Shown here in pieces: positions 25,822 to 37,200 of a DNA stretch of 51,720 nucleotides. How positions within the stretch are numbered: position 1 is the first letter of the stretch; each line of letters opens with the position of its first letter. The stretch covers positions 1-51,720 of the forward strand of contig JBIKIS010000001.1 in assembly GCA_044361485.1 (NCBI GenBank), read 5' to 3'. A model generated the notes under the pieces. That model saw only the letters and a program-made list of their open reading frames with translations, made no database searches and was not told where the DNA came from. The DNA comes from Sediminibacterium sp. (GTDB taxonomy: Bacteria; Bacteroidota; Bacteroidia; Chitinophagales; Chitinophagaceae). A program made the translations under genes and the position numbers.

Positions 25822-27240
25822 TTATACCGATTTTTCTAGTTGCTCAATCGTTTTTTTAGCTGCTTCTAATCTTGACTGCTTGTTTTTTTCAATGAGCTTA
25901 TGCACCGCCCAATGTTCAAGCTTATGGTGCAAAGGGATAAGCAGTGCAGCTAATAATACGAGGGCTAGTAACATTAATACGGGTGAATGATGGGTTACTT
26001 TTTCTAAGAGCGGGTGTATTAATAAATTAAAGAATTCAAAAACTATCAGAAGTGCAATAACACTTAAAAATTCAATGATTTTTGGATTGGTAATATAGCT
26101 TCTACTAAAAACTAAAAAGATCATAAAAAAGCTAACGATTCCAATGGCAATAAACGTGTATTCTAAATTAGTTTTACGCGCTTCGTCAGATTTTTCTTCT
26201 TCATATTTTAATTCTGCGAGTCTAGCCTCTTCCTCTACAGCCATTAATTGGGCTTGCTGCAATGACCTAATATTAAATAAACTATCATTAGTAGTTCGGT
26301 AAATTTCAGAATATTTAAAGGCACTATCAACATTTGAGTTTCGATAAATATTTAAAAGAAGCTTAGCCGGATCTACATTGAGCGTATAAAATGCCGTATT
26401 GCTTACGCTAGAAATGGCCCTCGTAGCATATAACTTTGCAGAATCTGGTTGATTGGATGCATAATAAAATTGAGCCATTGCATTATATGCAGTGCTCACA
26501 AATTTTGGAGAACCAATTCTGTTGGCTTCGTTAAGTGCCAAATTCCAATAATTAAGTGCTAAAGAAGAATTTTTCATGGCAGCATGAATCGAGCCAAACT
26601 GTAAATAGGTAGAAGTTAACCAGTAATTAATGCCAGATTTAATGGCCATTTCGTATGCCTTTTGTGTATACACAAGTGCCGAATCAATTTTTCCCATTGC
26701 CAAATAAATAGTGCCCATATCATTTACGGCACATACAGAAATAATATCTGTTTCGTATTTAGAACCCGCTTCCATCGCTGCTTTGTTGTACGATTCGGCC
26801 TTTTCAAAATCTCCCATTGTTAAATAAGTGAGCGCTAACATGGCTTTCGCAAAAGTTTTTAGGCGGTCGTTGTTTGATTTTTCTGCGGCCTGATTTGCTT
26901 TAATTCCAAACTCAAGACTTTTAACTTTATTACCAAAAGCAATATAATCGTAACACAAACAACAATAGCCAAGCACCTGACATACTAAATCATTGTTTTT
27001 TTGTCCATGCAACAAAATAATTTCAGAATTGTGCATATCCTCCACCGGATTTGTTTCCGAAATTGTTAAAGCACTCATGGCTAAATAGTATCTAGCACTA
27101 TCATTTTTTTCTGCTTTGATTTTAGGCAAAAGTGAATCTAGATTGGGAGGCTTTTGGGAGAAATCTATTTTAGCACTTTGTGCTACAGAAAATTGAATTG
27201 TAATCAATAAAAAGATGGTAAGACCAATAAGCTTTTTCAT
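25822..27240 (-). CDS. TPR-repeat membrane protein
   Basis: Signal peptide, TPR-like helices (MGTIYLAMGKIDSALVY.QKA), three C-terminal TM helices. Confidence 0.8.
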   Translation of the reverse strand: MKKLIGLTIFLLITIQFSVAQSAKIDFSQKPPNLDSLLPKIKAEKNDSARYYLAMSALTISETNPVEDMHNSEIILLHGQKNNDLVCQVLGYCCLCYDYIAFGNKVKSLEFGIKANQAAEKSNNDRLKTFAKAMLALTYLTMGDFEKAESYNKAAMEAGSKYETDIISVCAVNDMGTIYLAMGKIDSALVYTQKAYEMAIKSGINYWLTSTYLQFGSIHAAMKNSSLALNYWNLALNEANRIGSPKFVSTAYNAMAQFYYASNQPDSAKLYATRAISSVSNTAFYTLNVDPAKLLLNIYRNSNVDSAFKYSEIYRTTNDSLFNIRSLQQAQLMAVEEEARLAELKYEEEKSDEARKTNLEYTFIAIGIVSFFMIFLVFSRSYITNPKIIEFLSVIALLIVFEFFNLLIHPLLEKVTHHSPVLMLLALVLLAALLIPLHHKLEHWAVHKLIEKNKQSRLEAAKKTIEQLEKSV

Positions 27241-27448
27241 GTGTCGGGGTTAAGTATATATTTAGAAACAATATATTACTTTATTGTCAAAATTTAAGCT
27301 ATGATTAAGATTTTTAAGTAAAAACTAAATTATTGTAAGCTACCCCGCTAAATATATGTGTAATACTTTGATTTGTCCAATAAACTGAAACTTCATTTAA
27401 AAAAAATAAAACATATTACACAGGAAATAAAGTACTTATAAAACTTTC

Positions 27449-27488
27449 ATAACATTAAGTTCACATTTACATAATTTTGAGTTAACAA
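27449..27488 (+). promoter_or_regulatory. Pho-box-like direct repeats (11-bp period)
   Basis: ATAACAT (27449) / TTCACAT (27460) / ATAATTT (27471) / TTAACAA (27482) upstream of the PhoX-like gene. Confidence 0.55.
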
Positions 27489-27517
27489 GTTGCTTTGAAC
27501 TTTCTAAAACCAAAGCA

Positions 27518-28984
27518 ATGAAAAACAGTAAATTATTATTTTCTGTCATTTCAGCGATATCAATACTTACGGTATCCTGTAAAAAAAATGACGAAACTGC
27601 AAAACTTCCTACCGAAACTGCCGAATTTAAAAACCGTTCTATCACTCCATCTTTTATCAAAATGGGAGCTGACTTTGCTGGTGTAGGTGTACACACGCTA
27701 GTAAGTAGTGAAGACGTGATACCTAACTCAGGCAATATGGTATTTGGTGGTGCGCCAGATGGACAAGGTTTTATTAAAAATCCTGATGGATCTGGTTACA
27801 TCATGGTTACAAACCATGAAAACACTTGGGCTGTTTCAAGATTGTATTTAAATAAAAAATTAGATATCGTAAAAGGTGATTACATCGTAAATACTGATGG
27901 TGGCATGTTTAGACTATGTTCAGCCACAATGGCAACACCTGAAATTCATGGATTTGGTCCTATGTTTTTAACCACAGGTGAGTCAAATGTAAATGCAATG
28001 ACCCATGCTATTGATCCAATAGGTAGTGCTAATCCGTCAAATCAAACAAGGGTTAAGCCAGCTCTTGGCAAATTCAGCGGTGAAAACGCTGTTCCATTAA
28101 CAAAACTTGCTTATCCTGGTAAAACAGTTATCATTTTAGGTGAAGATGCAAGCAATGGACAAGTATACTTATATGTTTCTAACACAGTTGGTGATTTGGA
28201 TAATGGAAAATTGTATGTTCTAAGAAGAGTGGATCAAAATCAAATTGAAACCTCAATGACTTGGAATAATAACTACCCTGTTGAATTTGTGGAAGTACCG
28301 AATGCTAAAAATTTGACTGGTGCAGAAATAGAAGGCTTAAACACAAGCTTAAAATCTATTCAATTTGCACGTGTAGAAGATTTAGATTACCGCAAAGGAT
28401 CAGCGGCTAATAATAGAGAAATATATTTTGTTGCTACTGGTGTAAATGGTTCTACAGAAAAAACATATATGGGCAGAATGTATCAATTAAAATTAGATGC
28501 AACAGATCCACTAAAAGGTGTTTTAAAAATTGTTGCTGATGGCGATGTTTCTCCTACTGGTGCAAATGTAAAAGGTACAGACATCATTAACCCTGATAAC
28601 TTGTGTGTAACTGAAAATTACGTATACATTCAAGAAGATGGTGATTCTTTTTGGCCAGAAGCTACACACAATTCACTTATTTGGCAATATAACATTGCAA
28701 CTGGTGCTAAAAAAGTATTTATGGATATGACCCATAAAGATGCTGCTATGAAAAATTCTAAGTACAACCCAACTGGAGCAAACCAAGACAAATTTGGTAT
28801 TTGGGAGCATGGTGCGATGGAAGATATTTCAGATGTAATTGGCGTACCTGGTACCTTTACCATTAATATTCATGCACATACGTGGGTTGATGGTGATAAA
28901 TTTTTAAACCCAAGTAAAGCAACTTCTGTACAATCTTACAAGTCAGGAGGTCAAACGCTTTTAATTACAAAAGTTCCAAGATAA
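27518..28984 (+). CDS. PhoX-like alkaline phosphatase (DUF839), lipoprotein
   Basis: LTVSC lipobox; PDG, TNHE, RLCSAT, TGE, LGKFSGENA, NGKLYV, RVED, PDN, QED motifs. Confidence 0.82.
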   Translation: MKNSKLLFSVISAISILTVSCKKNDETAKLPTETAEFKNRSITPSFIKMGADFAGVGVHTLVSSEDVIPNSGNMVFGGAPDGQGFIKNPDGSGYIMVTNHENTWAVSRLYLNKKLDIVKGDYIVNTDGGMFRLCSATMATPEIHGFGPMFLTTGESNVNAMTHAIDPIGSANPSNQTRVKPALGKFSGENAVPLTKLAYPGKTVIILGEDASNGQVYLYVSNTVGDLDNGKLYVLRRVDQNQIETSMTWNNNYPVEFVEVPNAKNLTGAEIEGLNTSLKSIQFARVEDLDYRKGSAANNREIYFVATGVNGSTEKTYMGRMYQLKLDATDPLKGVLKIVADGDVSPTGANVKGTDIINPDNLCVTENYVYIQEDGDSFWPEATHNSLIWQYNIATGAKKVFMDMTHKDAAMKNSKYNPTGANQDKFGIWEHGAMEDISDVIGVPGTFTINIHAHTWVDGDKFLNPSKATSVQSYKSGGQTLLITKVPR

Positions 28985-29000
28985 TTTCACTAGAATAACT

Positions 29001-29038
29001 GAAAAACCCTTCATATAATATTATATGAAGGGTTTTTC
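29001..29038. terminator. Perfect palindromic hairpin between the phoX-like and peroxidase genes
   Basis: GAAAAACCCTTCATATAA-TA-TTATATGAAGGGTTTTTC. Confidence 0.75.
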
Positions 29039-29056
29039 ATTAATGCCCTGATACCA

Positions 29057-30832
29057 ATGAAGCGAGTAATTATTATTTTTAGCATATTCATATTCTTTAT
29101 TTACTGTGGGGTTAAAAGTTATAAAACCTTTGAATCCTTGATTCATGATACGGTTAAAGAAAAAACCATAAGCCTTACTAAAGTATTATCTGAATTAGAC
29201 AGTACAGATAATAAAACAGCTCTAATTGCAAGTTTCAAAAAAGCACGTACAGAGTACAAAATAATTGAGCCATTTATCGAATACTATTATCAGGGTTTAT
29301 CACGAAGAATTAATGGACCTGCGCTACCTGAGATCAAAACAGACGATAACATGGTAAACGATCCTAGTGGGTTTCAAGTAATTGAAGAGCTTGTCTATGA
29401 AGATAGTTTAGATAAAGCAGAAATATCAAAACAAGTTAACATCTTAAAAACAGATCTTCTTTTCGTTGCTCAAAATTTTAATCAATTACCAATTCAAGAT
29501 CACCATTTTTATGAACTTATTCAACATCAAATTATTAGAATTGCTACACTAGGTATTACTGGATTTGACTCTCCTGTTGGTTTTAATTCAATTGATGAAG
29601 CACATGCCTCGATTCAGGGAATTGAAGAGTTTTATAATTTATATGGCACTTACAATAATAAAAAGCTAAACCCTAAATTATTGGCATTATTGAAAAGTAA
29701 TAAAGTTTACATTAGCCAAAATAAGGACTTTAACAGTTTTAATAGGCTCTCCTATATTAAACAACACTTAATGCCCTTAAGTATAGAAATTGAGAAAGAA
29801 TTTAAAGAGGTAATCGCTAAAAATAAATATTTCGAAAGCAACAAGTTTTTTTATGGGACGTTATCAGATTTAATGCAAGGGAAAAAAATTAATGCAGATG
29901 CTTTTACTCCATTTGCAGATTCAAAAACTACAAAAGAAAAAATCACATTAGGAAAAGTTTTATTTAGCAGCACTTCACTTTCAAAATCAAATAACTTAAG
30001 TTGTGCTAGCTGTCACAATGCAGAAAAAGCTTTTACAGATCAAAAAACGACGTCCCTTGCAAATGTGCATAGTACGAGTGTTAAAAGAAATTCGCCAACA
30101 CTATATTATGCTGCCTTGCAAAAATCGTTTTTTTATGACATGCGGTCGCAAGATCTTGAGAATCAAATTGAGGATGTAATGAAAAATCCTGATGAGTTTA
30201 ATTTATCGCCTAATGAAATCAATAATAAAATAAAGGGGAATAAAGAAATGCAAGACTTGTTCAATAAGGCATTTCCTAATAAAACAACGATTACACCTTA
30301 CGAAATAAGAAATGCAATTGCATCCTATGTTAAAAGTTTAATTCCATTTAACTCAAAAATTGATCAATATTTTAAAGGAGAAACTACATTATCAAAGAGT
30401 GAGATCAATGGTTTCAATATTTTTGCAGGAAAAGCAAAATGTGCCACCTGCCATTTTATTCCAATCTATAATGGAACTGTTCCACCATGGTACAACACCA
30501 CAGAATCGGAAGTAATTGGTGTACCAAAAAGTCCAATTTGGAAAAATGCGGTTGTCGATTCAGATATTGGAAGATATAAATTGAATCAGTTAGAACAACT
30601 TAAATACTCTTTTAAGACACCTACTGTTAGAAATGCTGAAAAAACAGGACCCTATATGCACAATGGAGTTTACAAGAGTTTAGATGAAGTTATCAGGTTT
30701 TATGAATTAGGTGGGGGCAATGGGATAGGCATGCAATTAGAATACCAAACTTTACCATTTGATCATCTGAATTTGACAGAAACAGAAAAACAAGATATTA
30801 TCAGTTTTATAAAAACCTTAACTGATAAATAG
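29057..30832 (+). CDS. Di-haem cytochrome c peroxidase/MauG-family protein with imelysin-like N-terminal domain
   Basis: CASCH and CATCH haem motifs, RNSPTL, FKTPTVRN..KTGPYMHNG; N-terminal ARTEYKIIEP...GFQVIEE. Confidence 0.9.
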   Translation: MKRVIIIFSIFIFFIYCGVKSYKTFESLIHDTVKEKTISLTKVLSELDSTDNKTALIASFKKARTEYKIIEPFIEYYYQGLSRRINGPALPEIKTDDNMVNDPSGFQVIEELVYEDSLDKAEISKQVNILKTDLLFVAQNFNQLPIQDHHFYELIQHQIIRIATLGITGFDSPVGFNSIDEAHASIQGIEEFYNLYGTYNNKKLNPKLLALLKSNKVYISQNKDFNSFNRLSYIKQHLMPLSIEIEKEFKEVIAKNKYFESNKFFYGTLSDLMQGKKINADAFTPFADSKTTKEKITLGKVLFSSTSLSKSNNLSCASCHNAEKAFTDQKTTSLANVHSTSVKRNSPTLYYAALQKSFFYDMRSQDLENQIEDVMKNPDEFNLSPNEINNKIKGNKEMQDLFNKAFPNKTTITPYEIRNAIASYVKSLIPFNSKIDQYFKGETTLSKSEINGFNIFAGKAKCATCHFIPIYNGTVPPWYNTTESEVIGVPKSPIWKNAVVDSDIGRYKLNQLEQLKYSFKTPTVRNAEKTGPYMHNGVYKSLDEVIRFYELGGGNGIGMQLEYQTLPFDHLNLTETEKQDIISFIKTLTDK

Positions 30833-30838
30833 GATTCA

Positions 30839-31903
30839 TTAAAATTTTACAATCAGTGCCATAGTGGCCGTTGTTTGTTCATGGCTATTTTGTGTGTATT
30901 TAAAAATAGGATCTTTTGAATCATACTTTTTAAGTTCAGAGCGCCATAATATTTTTGGAGAAATTTGATAATCGTAATTTATTGAAGCCCCAAATGTTTG
31001 GTAACCACCTGATGTTCCGGTAGGTATAATAATTTGCTGCTTATCGCTATAGTATTCAAGCCTTGCAGCTATTTTACTTTTGGCACTCAAATTAATTTTT
31101 GAAATAATAACTGGCGTGTACCAAACTGCAGTTTTAGTATTGTTTGTTTTTTGAGTGCCTATGTCAAAACCAAAAATAAATGCCTGTTTTGGTGATGCAT
31201 CATAGATAGCATATAAATTATGAAATGTCCTAAATGCACTAGCACCTCCCGTATTGATATTACCCAAAAAATTACTGTAATTAAGTGTCAAGCTACTACT
31301 AGGCTTATAATTTACTTGTATACCAACACTTGGCTTTTGGTTATCATTTGTAATTGCTATTTTTTGCCATCCATTAAGTATATGTAGTGCTACATATACA
31401 TCTTGTTTTTTGTTGGTGTAATTTAATTTGATACCAGATTCAAAGTAAGGAGAGTTTTCGGCTAATATACTTCTTGTTAAATTCCAACAATCACTTCCAA
31501 TTGTACTTTCAAAACCAATGTGAGATGGCATGACCCCGGCATCTATCCATAAATCATTATCCTTTAGTAATTTGACACCAACATTTGCTTCAAATATGGG
31601 TTTTGCCCAATTAGGCTCTGCACTTAAATTATACATGGCATAATTACCAGTCATGAGTGCCAAATTAGACCTTAATCGTTTTGCCTGATAGCTTGCCTTA
31701 ACAAAAGCCAAATTAACATTGAGCTGATTGTGCTTTTTATAATTGTAATTATAATCAGGCTTTTCGTTATTGCCAGGCCTCAAAAAGTCATAACTATAAT
31801 ACGATTCAATATAGCCACTTATTTTAAAAGAATTTGAAGAGTCATTTTGAGCAAAGCCATGAGCAGTAATAAAAAACAAACCTAATAAACAAGTAAAACG
31901 CAT
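30839..31903 (-). CDS. Putative outer-membrane beta-barrel porin (BBP2/OmpL-like)
   Basis: ISGYIESYYSYDF, SHIGFES, NLTRSILAENSPYFESG, NGWQ; C-terminal Phe. Confidence 0.85.
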   Translation of the reverse strand: MRFTCLLGLFFITAHGFAQNDSSNSFKISGYIESYYSYDFLRPGNNEKPDYNYNYKKHNQLNVNLAFVKASYQAKRLRSNLALMTGNYAMYNLSAEPNWAKPIFEANVGVKLLKDNDLWIDAGVMPSHIGFESTIGSDCWNLTRSILAENSPYFESGIKLNYTNKKQDVYVALHILNGWQKIAITNDNQKPSVGIQVNYKPSSSLTLNYSNFLGNINTGGASAFRTFHNLYAIYDASPKQAFIFGFDIGTQKTNNTKTAVWYTPVIISKINLSAKSKIAARLEYYSDKQQIIIPTGTSGGYQTFGASINYDYQISPKILWRSELKKYDSKDPIFKYTQNSHEQTTATMALIVKF

Positions 31904-31944
31904 GAATAAAATTACAACGAAAATATTAATATGAAACCTTTAAC

Positions 31945-33411
31945 CTAGGTATTCACATGCTTTTTTAAAATACGTTTCGCTTCTTTTTTTACTTTGCTTG
32001 TTTTTTTGAGTCCCCAAACTTGATCACTTGCATATTTTCTGGTAAGCTCTACGTCCACAATAGGTGCCGGATAGTCAATACCAATAATAGTCTTACACAA
32101 TTCCTGCTCCATTAAACTCATTTTCCAGGGTTCATGAATAAAGTTTAAAGGAATAGCCGCGAGCTCCGGAATCCACATTTTAATAAATGCGCCATCCGGA
32201 TCATGCTCCATAGAGTTTTTGATCGGATTGTAAATACGTATCGTATTAATGCCTGTTACACCCGACTGCATTTGCAACTGTGGATAGTGTATGCCGGGTT
32301 CATAATCCAAAAATTGTTTGGCCAAAAAATGTAAGGACCGCCAATCCTGCCATAAATTAAAAACAAAAAAAGAAACCACCATGGCACGCATTCTAAAGTT
32401 TAAATAACCGGTAGCAACCACACAGCGCATACATGCATCCACAATGGGTATACCCGTTTTTCCCGTTTGCCATGCCTCAATGTAAGCCTCGTTAACAGGC
32501 TTGACAATACTATCATAAGCGCTATTTATATTTTCAAATTCTATGCGGCACTCATCTTCAAACTTTTGAATAAAATGACAATGCCAGTGCAAACGTGACA
32601 TAAAATTTGATAGCGCCCTTTTACTATTTGAGGTTGGATATACTTGCATGGTTTGCTGAAACACCATCCGCATACTAATATTACCATAACTTAAATAGGG
32701 TGAAATTCTACTGCAACCTTTTCTACTCAGTAGTGGCTTTGAAATATGTAGTGAATAATTTTGATGCCTTTCCTGTAAAAAACTATGTAAATACTTCCAA
32801 GCAAAAGTTTCGCCACCACGCTGAAATGAAGGATGATGGGTAGTAATTTGCTTTGGAAGCTCAGGTCCTTTAATGGTATCGTAAAAAGCTGCATCTAAAA
32901 TTAAAAACGATGCGCTTTCTAAATTTGCTACTGCAGGTGCCGATTGCATTTTTTGATTCCAGAGTGCTGCCCAGTTTTTTCTGGATTTTAATTTTCGAAT
33001 AACACCGTTTTGTTGCGATTCGTGCCAAGGAATGTGCTGCTCTTTAAAATACTTTTGCAAACTAATATCACGATCATAAGTCAGTTTATTTCCAATTTCT
33101 TGATGCGAATAAACAGCTTTGATATTGTATTGTTTAGCCAAGGCGGTAAAAACAAATAAGGCCTCCCGGTAAAATATAGCAACCTGGGTATTATAGGGTA
33201 ACAGTTTGGTTTTTAGATCCTGTAAAGATTCATACACAAATCGCCAATGCCTGTCGTCACTATCGTCATAACCCATGATGGAGGGTTCAAAACAATACAC
33301 AAAAAGAATAGGTAGCTTCTCCTTTTGAGCCAACATAATGGGCTCATGGTCTATAAGTCGTATGTCCCGCTTAAACCATACGACCACAATATCTTGTCTT
33401 GTGCTATCCAT
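31945..33411 (-). CDS. DNA photolyase/cryptochrome family protein
   Basis: [55 protein letters not shown]. Confidence 0.95.
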   Translation of the reverse strand: MDSTRQDIVVVWFKRDIRLIDHEPIMLAQKEKLPILFVYCFEPSIMGYDDSDDRHWRFVYESLQDLKTKLLPYNTQVAIFYREALFVFTALAKQYNIKAVYSHQEIGNKLTYDRDISLQKYFKEQHIPWHESQQNGVIRKLKSRKNWAALWNQKMQSAPAVANLESASFLILDAAFYDTIKGPELPKQITTHHPSFQRGGETFAWKYLHSFLQERHQNYSLHISKPLLSRKGCSRISPYLSYGNISMRMVFQQTMQVYPTSNSKRALSNFMSRLHWHCHFIQKFEDECRIEFENINSAYDSIVKPVNEAYIEAWQTGKTGIPIVDACMRCVVATGYLNFRMRAMVVSFFVFNLWQDWRSLHFLAKQFLDYEPGIHYPQLQMQSGVTGINTIRIYNPIKNSMEHDPDGAFIKMWIPELAAIPLNFIHEPWKMSLMEQELCKTIIGIDYPAPIVDVELTRKYASDQVWGLKKTSKVKKEAKRILKKHVNT

Positions 33412-33429
33412 ATGATTTACCTGTGATCA

Positions 33430-34167
33430 TTAATACTTGATGGCAATAAGGCGTATCATACCCAATTTGTGAAATAACTTGATTACAGGATAAACAGGGT
33501 CAAATTCCCACCATTTAGTAGCAAAATTAGGACGGGCTCCCGCATGGTGATGGTTGTTTTGAAACAATTCACCCAGCATTAAAAAATCAATGATTAGAGT
33601 ATTTTTAGACTGGTCTTTTTCGTCTGGGAAATTTCTGTAACCATATTTATGTCCAGCCCAATTTACAATGGCTCCTTGTATAGGACCAATTAAAAAATGA
33701 ATAGGCAGTAACAAAAACATCCACCACTCCGTTGCAAAAAAGGCATAAAATGTAATGTATAATCCTGCAAAAAATAATCTAGTAATATTATGGTCTGCGA
33801 TTTTATCAATTACTGGATACACTGGAAAGTTTTTATCAAACTTTGGCTCTACCTGAATGGTACCCGTATGCACGCCATTATAAATTTTTCTTGTGTGCAT
33901 CATCATGGTAAATGCTTCCTTAAAAAAATGCGGCGTGTGCGGATCTAACTCAGTGTCACTATAGGCATGATGCATTCTATGCAGTATCGCGTAAGCACGG
34001 GCATTTAAATAAGAGGTTCCTTGCGTTATCCAAGTATACATGTACCAGAACTTCTCCCAAAACTTAGACATAGTAAACATTTTATGCGCCGAATAACGGT
34101 GCAAATAAAATGTTTGACCAAAAAGGGATAGATACCAATGAAGTAACAAAAAAACAATAATAGCCAT
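33430..34167 (-). CDS. Acyl-CoA (delta-9-type) fatty acid desaturase
   Basis: His boxes HRYSAH, HRMHH, QNNHH; DPHTP; NWAGHKYGYRNF. Confidence 0.92.
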   Translation of the reverse strand: MAIIVFLLLHWYLSLFGQTFYLHRYSAHKMFTMSKFWEKFWYMYTWITQGTSYLNARAYAILHRMHHAYSDTELDPHTPHFFKEAFTMMMHTRKIYNGVHTGTIQVEPKFDKNFPVYPVIDKIADHNITRLFFAGLYITFYAFFATEWWMFLLLPIHFLIGPIQGAIVNWAGHKYGYRNFPDEKDQSKNTLIIDFLMLGELFQNNHHHAGARPNFATKWWEFDPVYPVIKLFHKLGMIRLIAIKY

Positions 34168-34295
34168 CAATAAATTTTAGAGCCTAAATTTAATTGAACA
34201 GCGCTTATTTATATTTTAATGTTTAATCATACCACAATAAAACCTCGTAACAGCTTACAAACCACTGTTAAAAGTTAACAGGTGCCCCACAATCA

Positions 34296-37200
34296 CTATT
34301 TAATCAAGTCAAAAAAGCGTTTTTGGAAAACTAAAAACTGATCTTCTAAAACAGCGATTCCTTTTTCTTGAATAGGAGAAAGTGGCTCAAGTCCATTAGC
34401 AACACTCACATATAAATCACTTACACGTCTACGGTATTTAAACTCATCAAAGAAAATTGATTTTCTATTGAGTTCCACAATCTCTCTTTTAAATAAGTCC
34501 AACTTACTCAATTTTTCTTTAACGGAAGTAGCCGAAGTGTCTCCTAACGAAATCGTCTTTACCGTTTTATCTAAAGAATCTATTAGTGTGTGTAAACGCT
34601 CATGTAACTGATATAAACGCATGCTTTGTTTGTGCAATAAACCTACCGTTTGCGCACTTAAGCCTTTTGCAGGATTGGCTTCGATCAAAATATTTTGAAC
34701 ATACTCTTTGCCATCTGTTTTAAGCACTACCTTATACGTTCCAATATCAACCTTTGGTCCAATCACCGAAGAAAATAAAACTGTTGACTGAGCAATATAG
34801 CCACCTTGAGCAACCTTTGGTGCATTAATGGTTAAATCCCAATAAACACGGTTTAATCCTTTTGAACTTGATCCATTAATATCCTTGATTTTTTTATTGG
34901 AAGCATCATAAATTTCAATTTTCACACCGGTATTGCTACGCTCTTTTAAATAATAATAAAAAGTAGGCGCTACCGCATTGCTACCACCATTCCAGCCTGT
35001 TAAATTATCGGCAGGTAATGGAAATTGTGGTGTGTATGCGTATTTGAAATTTTGAACTGGATAAAATTTAACCGGTTGGTTAACATCCGATTTTACAAGT
35101 TCACGCAGTGGCTCAATATTATCGATAATATAAATGCCTCTTCCGTGCGATCCAATTACTAAATCATTGGTTTGTGGTTGAATTTTGATATCGCGTACTA
35201 AATTATACCAAGGCATATTTTGATACTTACTACGCATCCAGTTATTACCGCCATCCAAAGAAATAAATAAACCCATTTCTGTTCCTAAAAATAACAGCTT
35301 TTCATTTACAATATCTTCTCTAATAACATGTGCAAATCCGGTAAATTCTGGTGAGCTAAATTTCTTCCATGTAACACCACCATCAGCACTCATCACTACA
35401 TAGGTATTCATATCTCCATACATATGGTTATCAAGCGTCACATAAATTCTTTTTGAATCTAAAGAAGAAATTTCAATACTGCTAATCCAAGTTTTTTCTG
35501 GAACGCCTGTTTTCCAAATAGCAGGGGCTTTGTTTTGCCATGTTTTACCGCCATCGGTGGTTAATTGCAAATTGCCATCATCGGTTCCTACCCAAATAAC
35601 ATTTTCGTTTTTAGGATCTTGTACAAGGGTAAAAATAGTACAATGATTTTCGGCACTTGTATTATCGCCTGTAATGCTTCCCGTATTTTTTTCGGCCTGA
35701 TTTATTTTATTAGGGTCGTTGGTTGTTAAGTCTGGAGAAATTCTTTCCCAGTTTTTACCATCATCCGTAGACTTAAATAAATATTGAGCAGCCGTATATA
35801 AATTATAAACCGGCTTTCCAGCAGCATTCTTTTTCTTTGAAGTGCCCATAACAATCGGCGTATTCCAATTCCAACGGTGCTCGTCGTCACCTTCTAATTT
35901 TTTAGGACGTATACCGTATGATAGGCCCGTAGTTAAATCTACTTTTGAAATTTCACCGCCTTGTGATTCAGAAAAAATAACTTTTGAATTTAATAAACTT
36001 GGTTGTACCCAAAATCCATCGCCACCATTAATCCATCTCCAATCAACGGCAGTAACACCACCTGGTGCCGAGCTAGGAGCCATCCAACTATTATTATCTT
36101 GCAATCCGCCATAAACATTGTAAGGCGTTTGATTATCTGTAGATACATGATAAAATTGACCAACCGGAAGGTTATTTAAAAAACTCCAAGCAGTACCACG
36201 GTTCGTACTCATATAAATACCACCATCTGTACCTAAAAACATCATATCAGGATTAGATGGATTGATCCACAACGCATGATGATCTGCGTGCGGAGGAACA
36301 CCTCCTGTAAATGCGCCACTCCAAGAATTTCCACCATCCGAAGAAAATTGAAAATCGTAAGCTGGGCGGTATACTCTTTTTGGATCTTTTGGATCGTACA
36401 CGAGTGTGCTAAAATAAAATGGACGCGCCGTTAAGTTTTCATTGGTAGGTAATTTTTTCCAATTTTCCCCCTCATCTTCAGAAACAAAAATTCCAGATTC
36501 TTTAGCCTCAACAATTGCCATTAGCTCCGAAGGTTTTGAAGGGTTAATGGTAATTACAATTCTACCAAATTCACCAGCAGGTAATCCTTTCGAAAGTTTA
36601 TTCCAAGTTTTTCCGCCATCCAAAGATTTAAACAACCCACTGCCCGGACCACCAGAACTAAATGCATACGCTTTTCTTCTAAACTGCCACATAGATGCAT
36701 AGATTACATTTGGCTTTGTTGGATGCATCGCAATATCTGCGCAACCTGTTTCTTCATTAACGTATAATATTTTTGCCCATGATTTACCACCGTCTGTGGT
36801 TTTATACAATCCTCTATTTGCAGAATTATTCCAGAGTGGACCAGGCGCCGAAACATACACTGTTTTTTTATCGGTAGGATCAACAATAATTTTGCTGATG
36901 CGCTCTGTTCCTTCTAGCCCAATTTTTTGCCAGTTGTTTCCACCATCGGTTGTCTTGTAAAGTCCATCACCATAAGAGACAGAATTTCTCATATTGCTTT
37001 CACCGGTACCTGCATAAACAACTTTTGCATTACCTGGCTCAATAGCTAGTGCACCAATAGATTGACAATATTTATCAAACAAAGGCTTAAAGCTAAGTCC
37101 TCCATTTTGACTTTTCCAGATGCCACCACCTGCTGTTCCAACATATAAATTTAATTGACCATCGGCGGTAATGCCATCAATAGACGTTATTCTTCCACTC

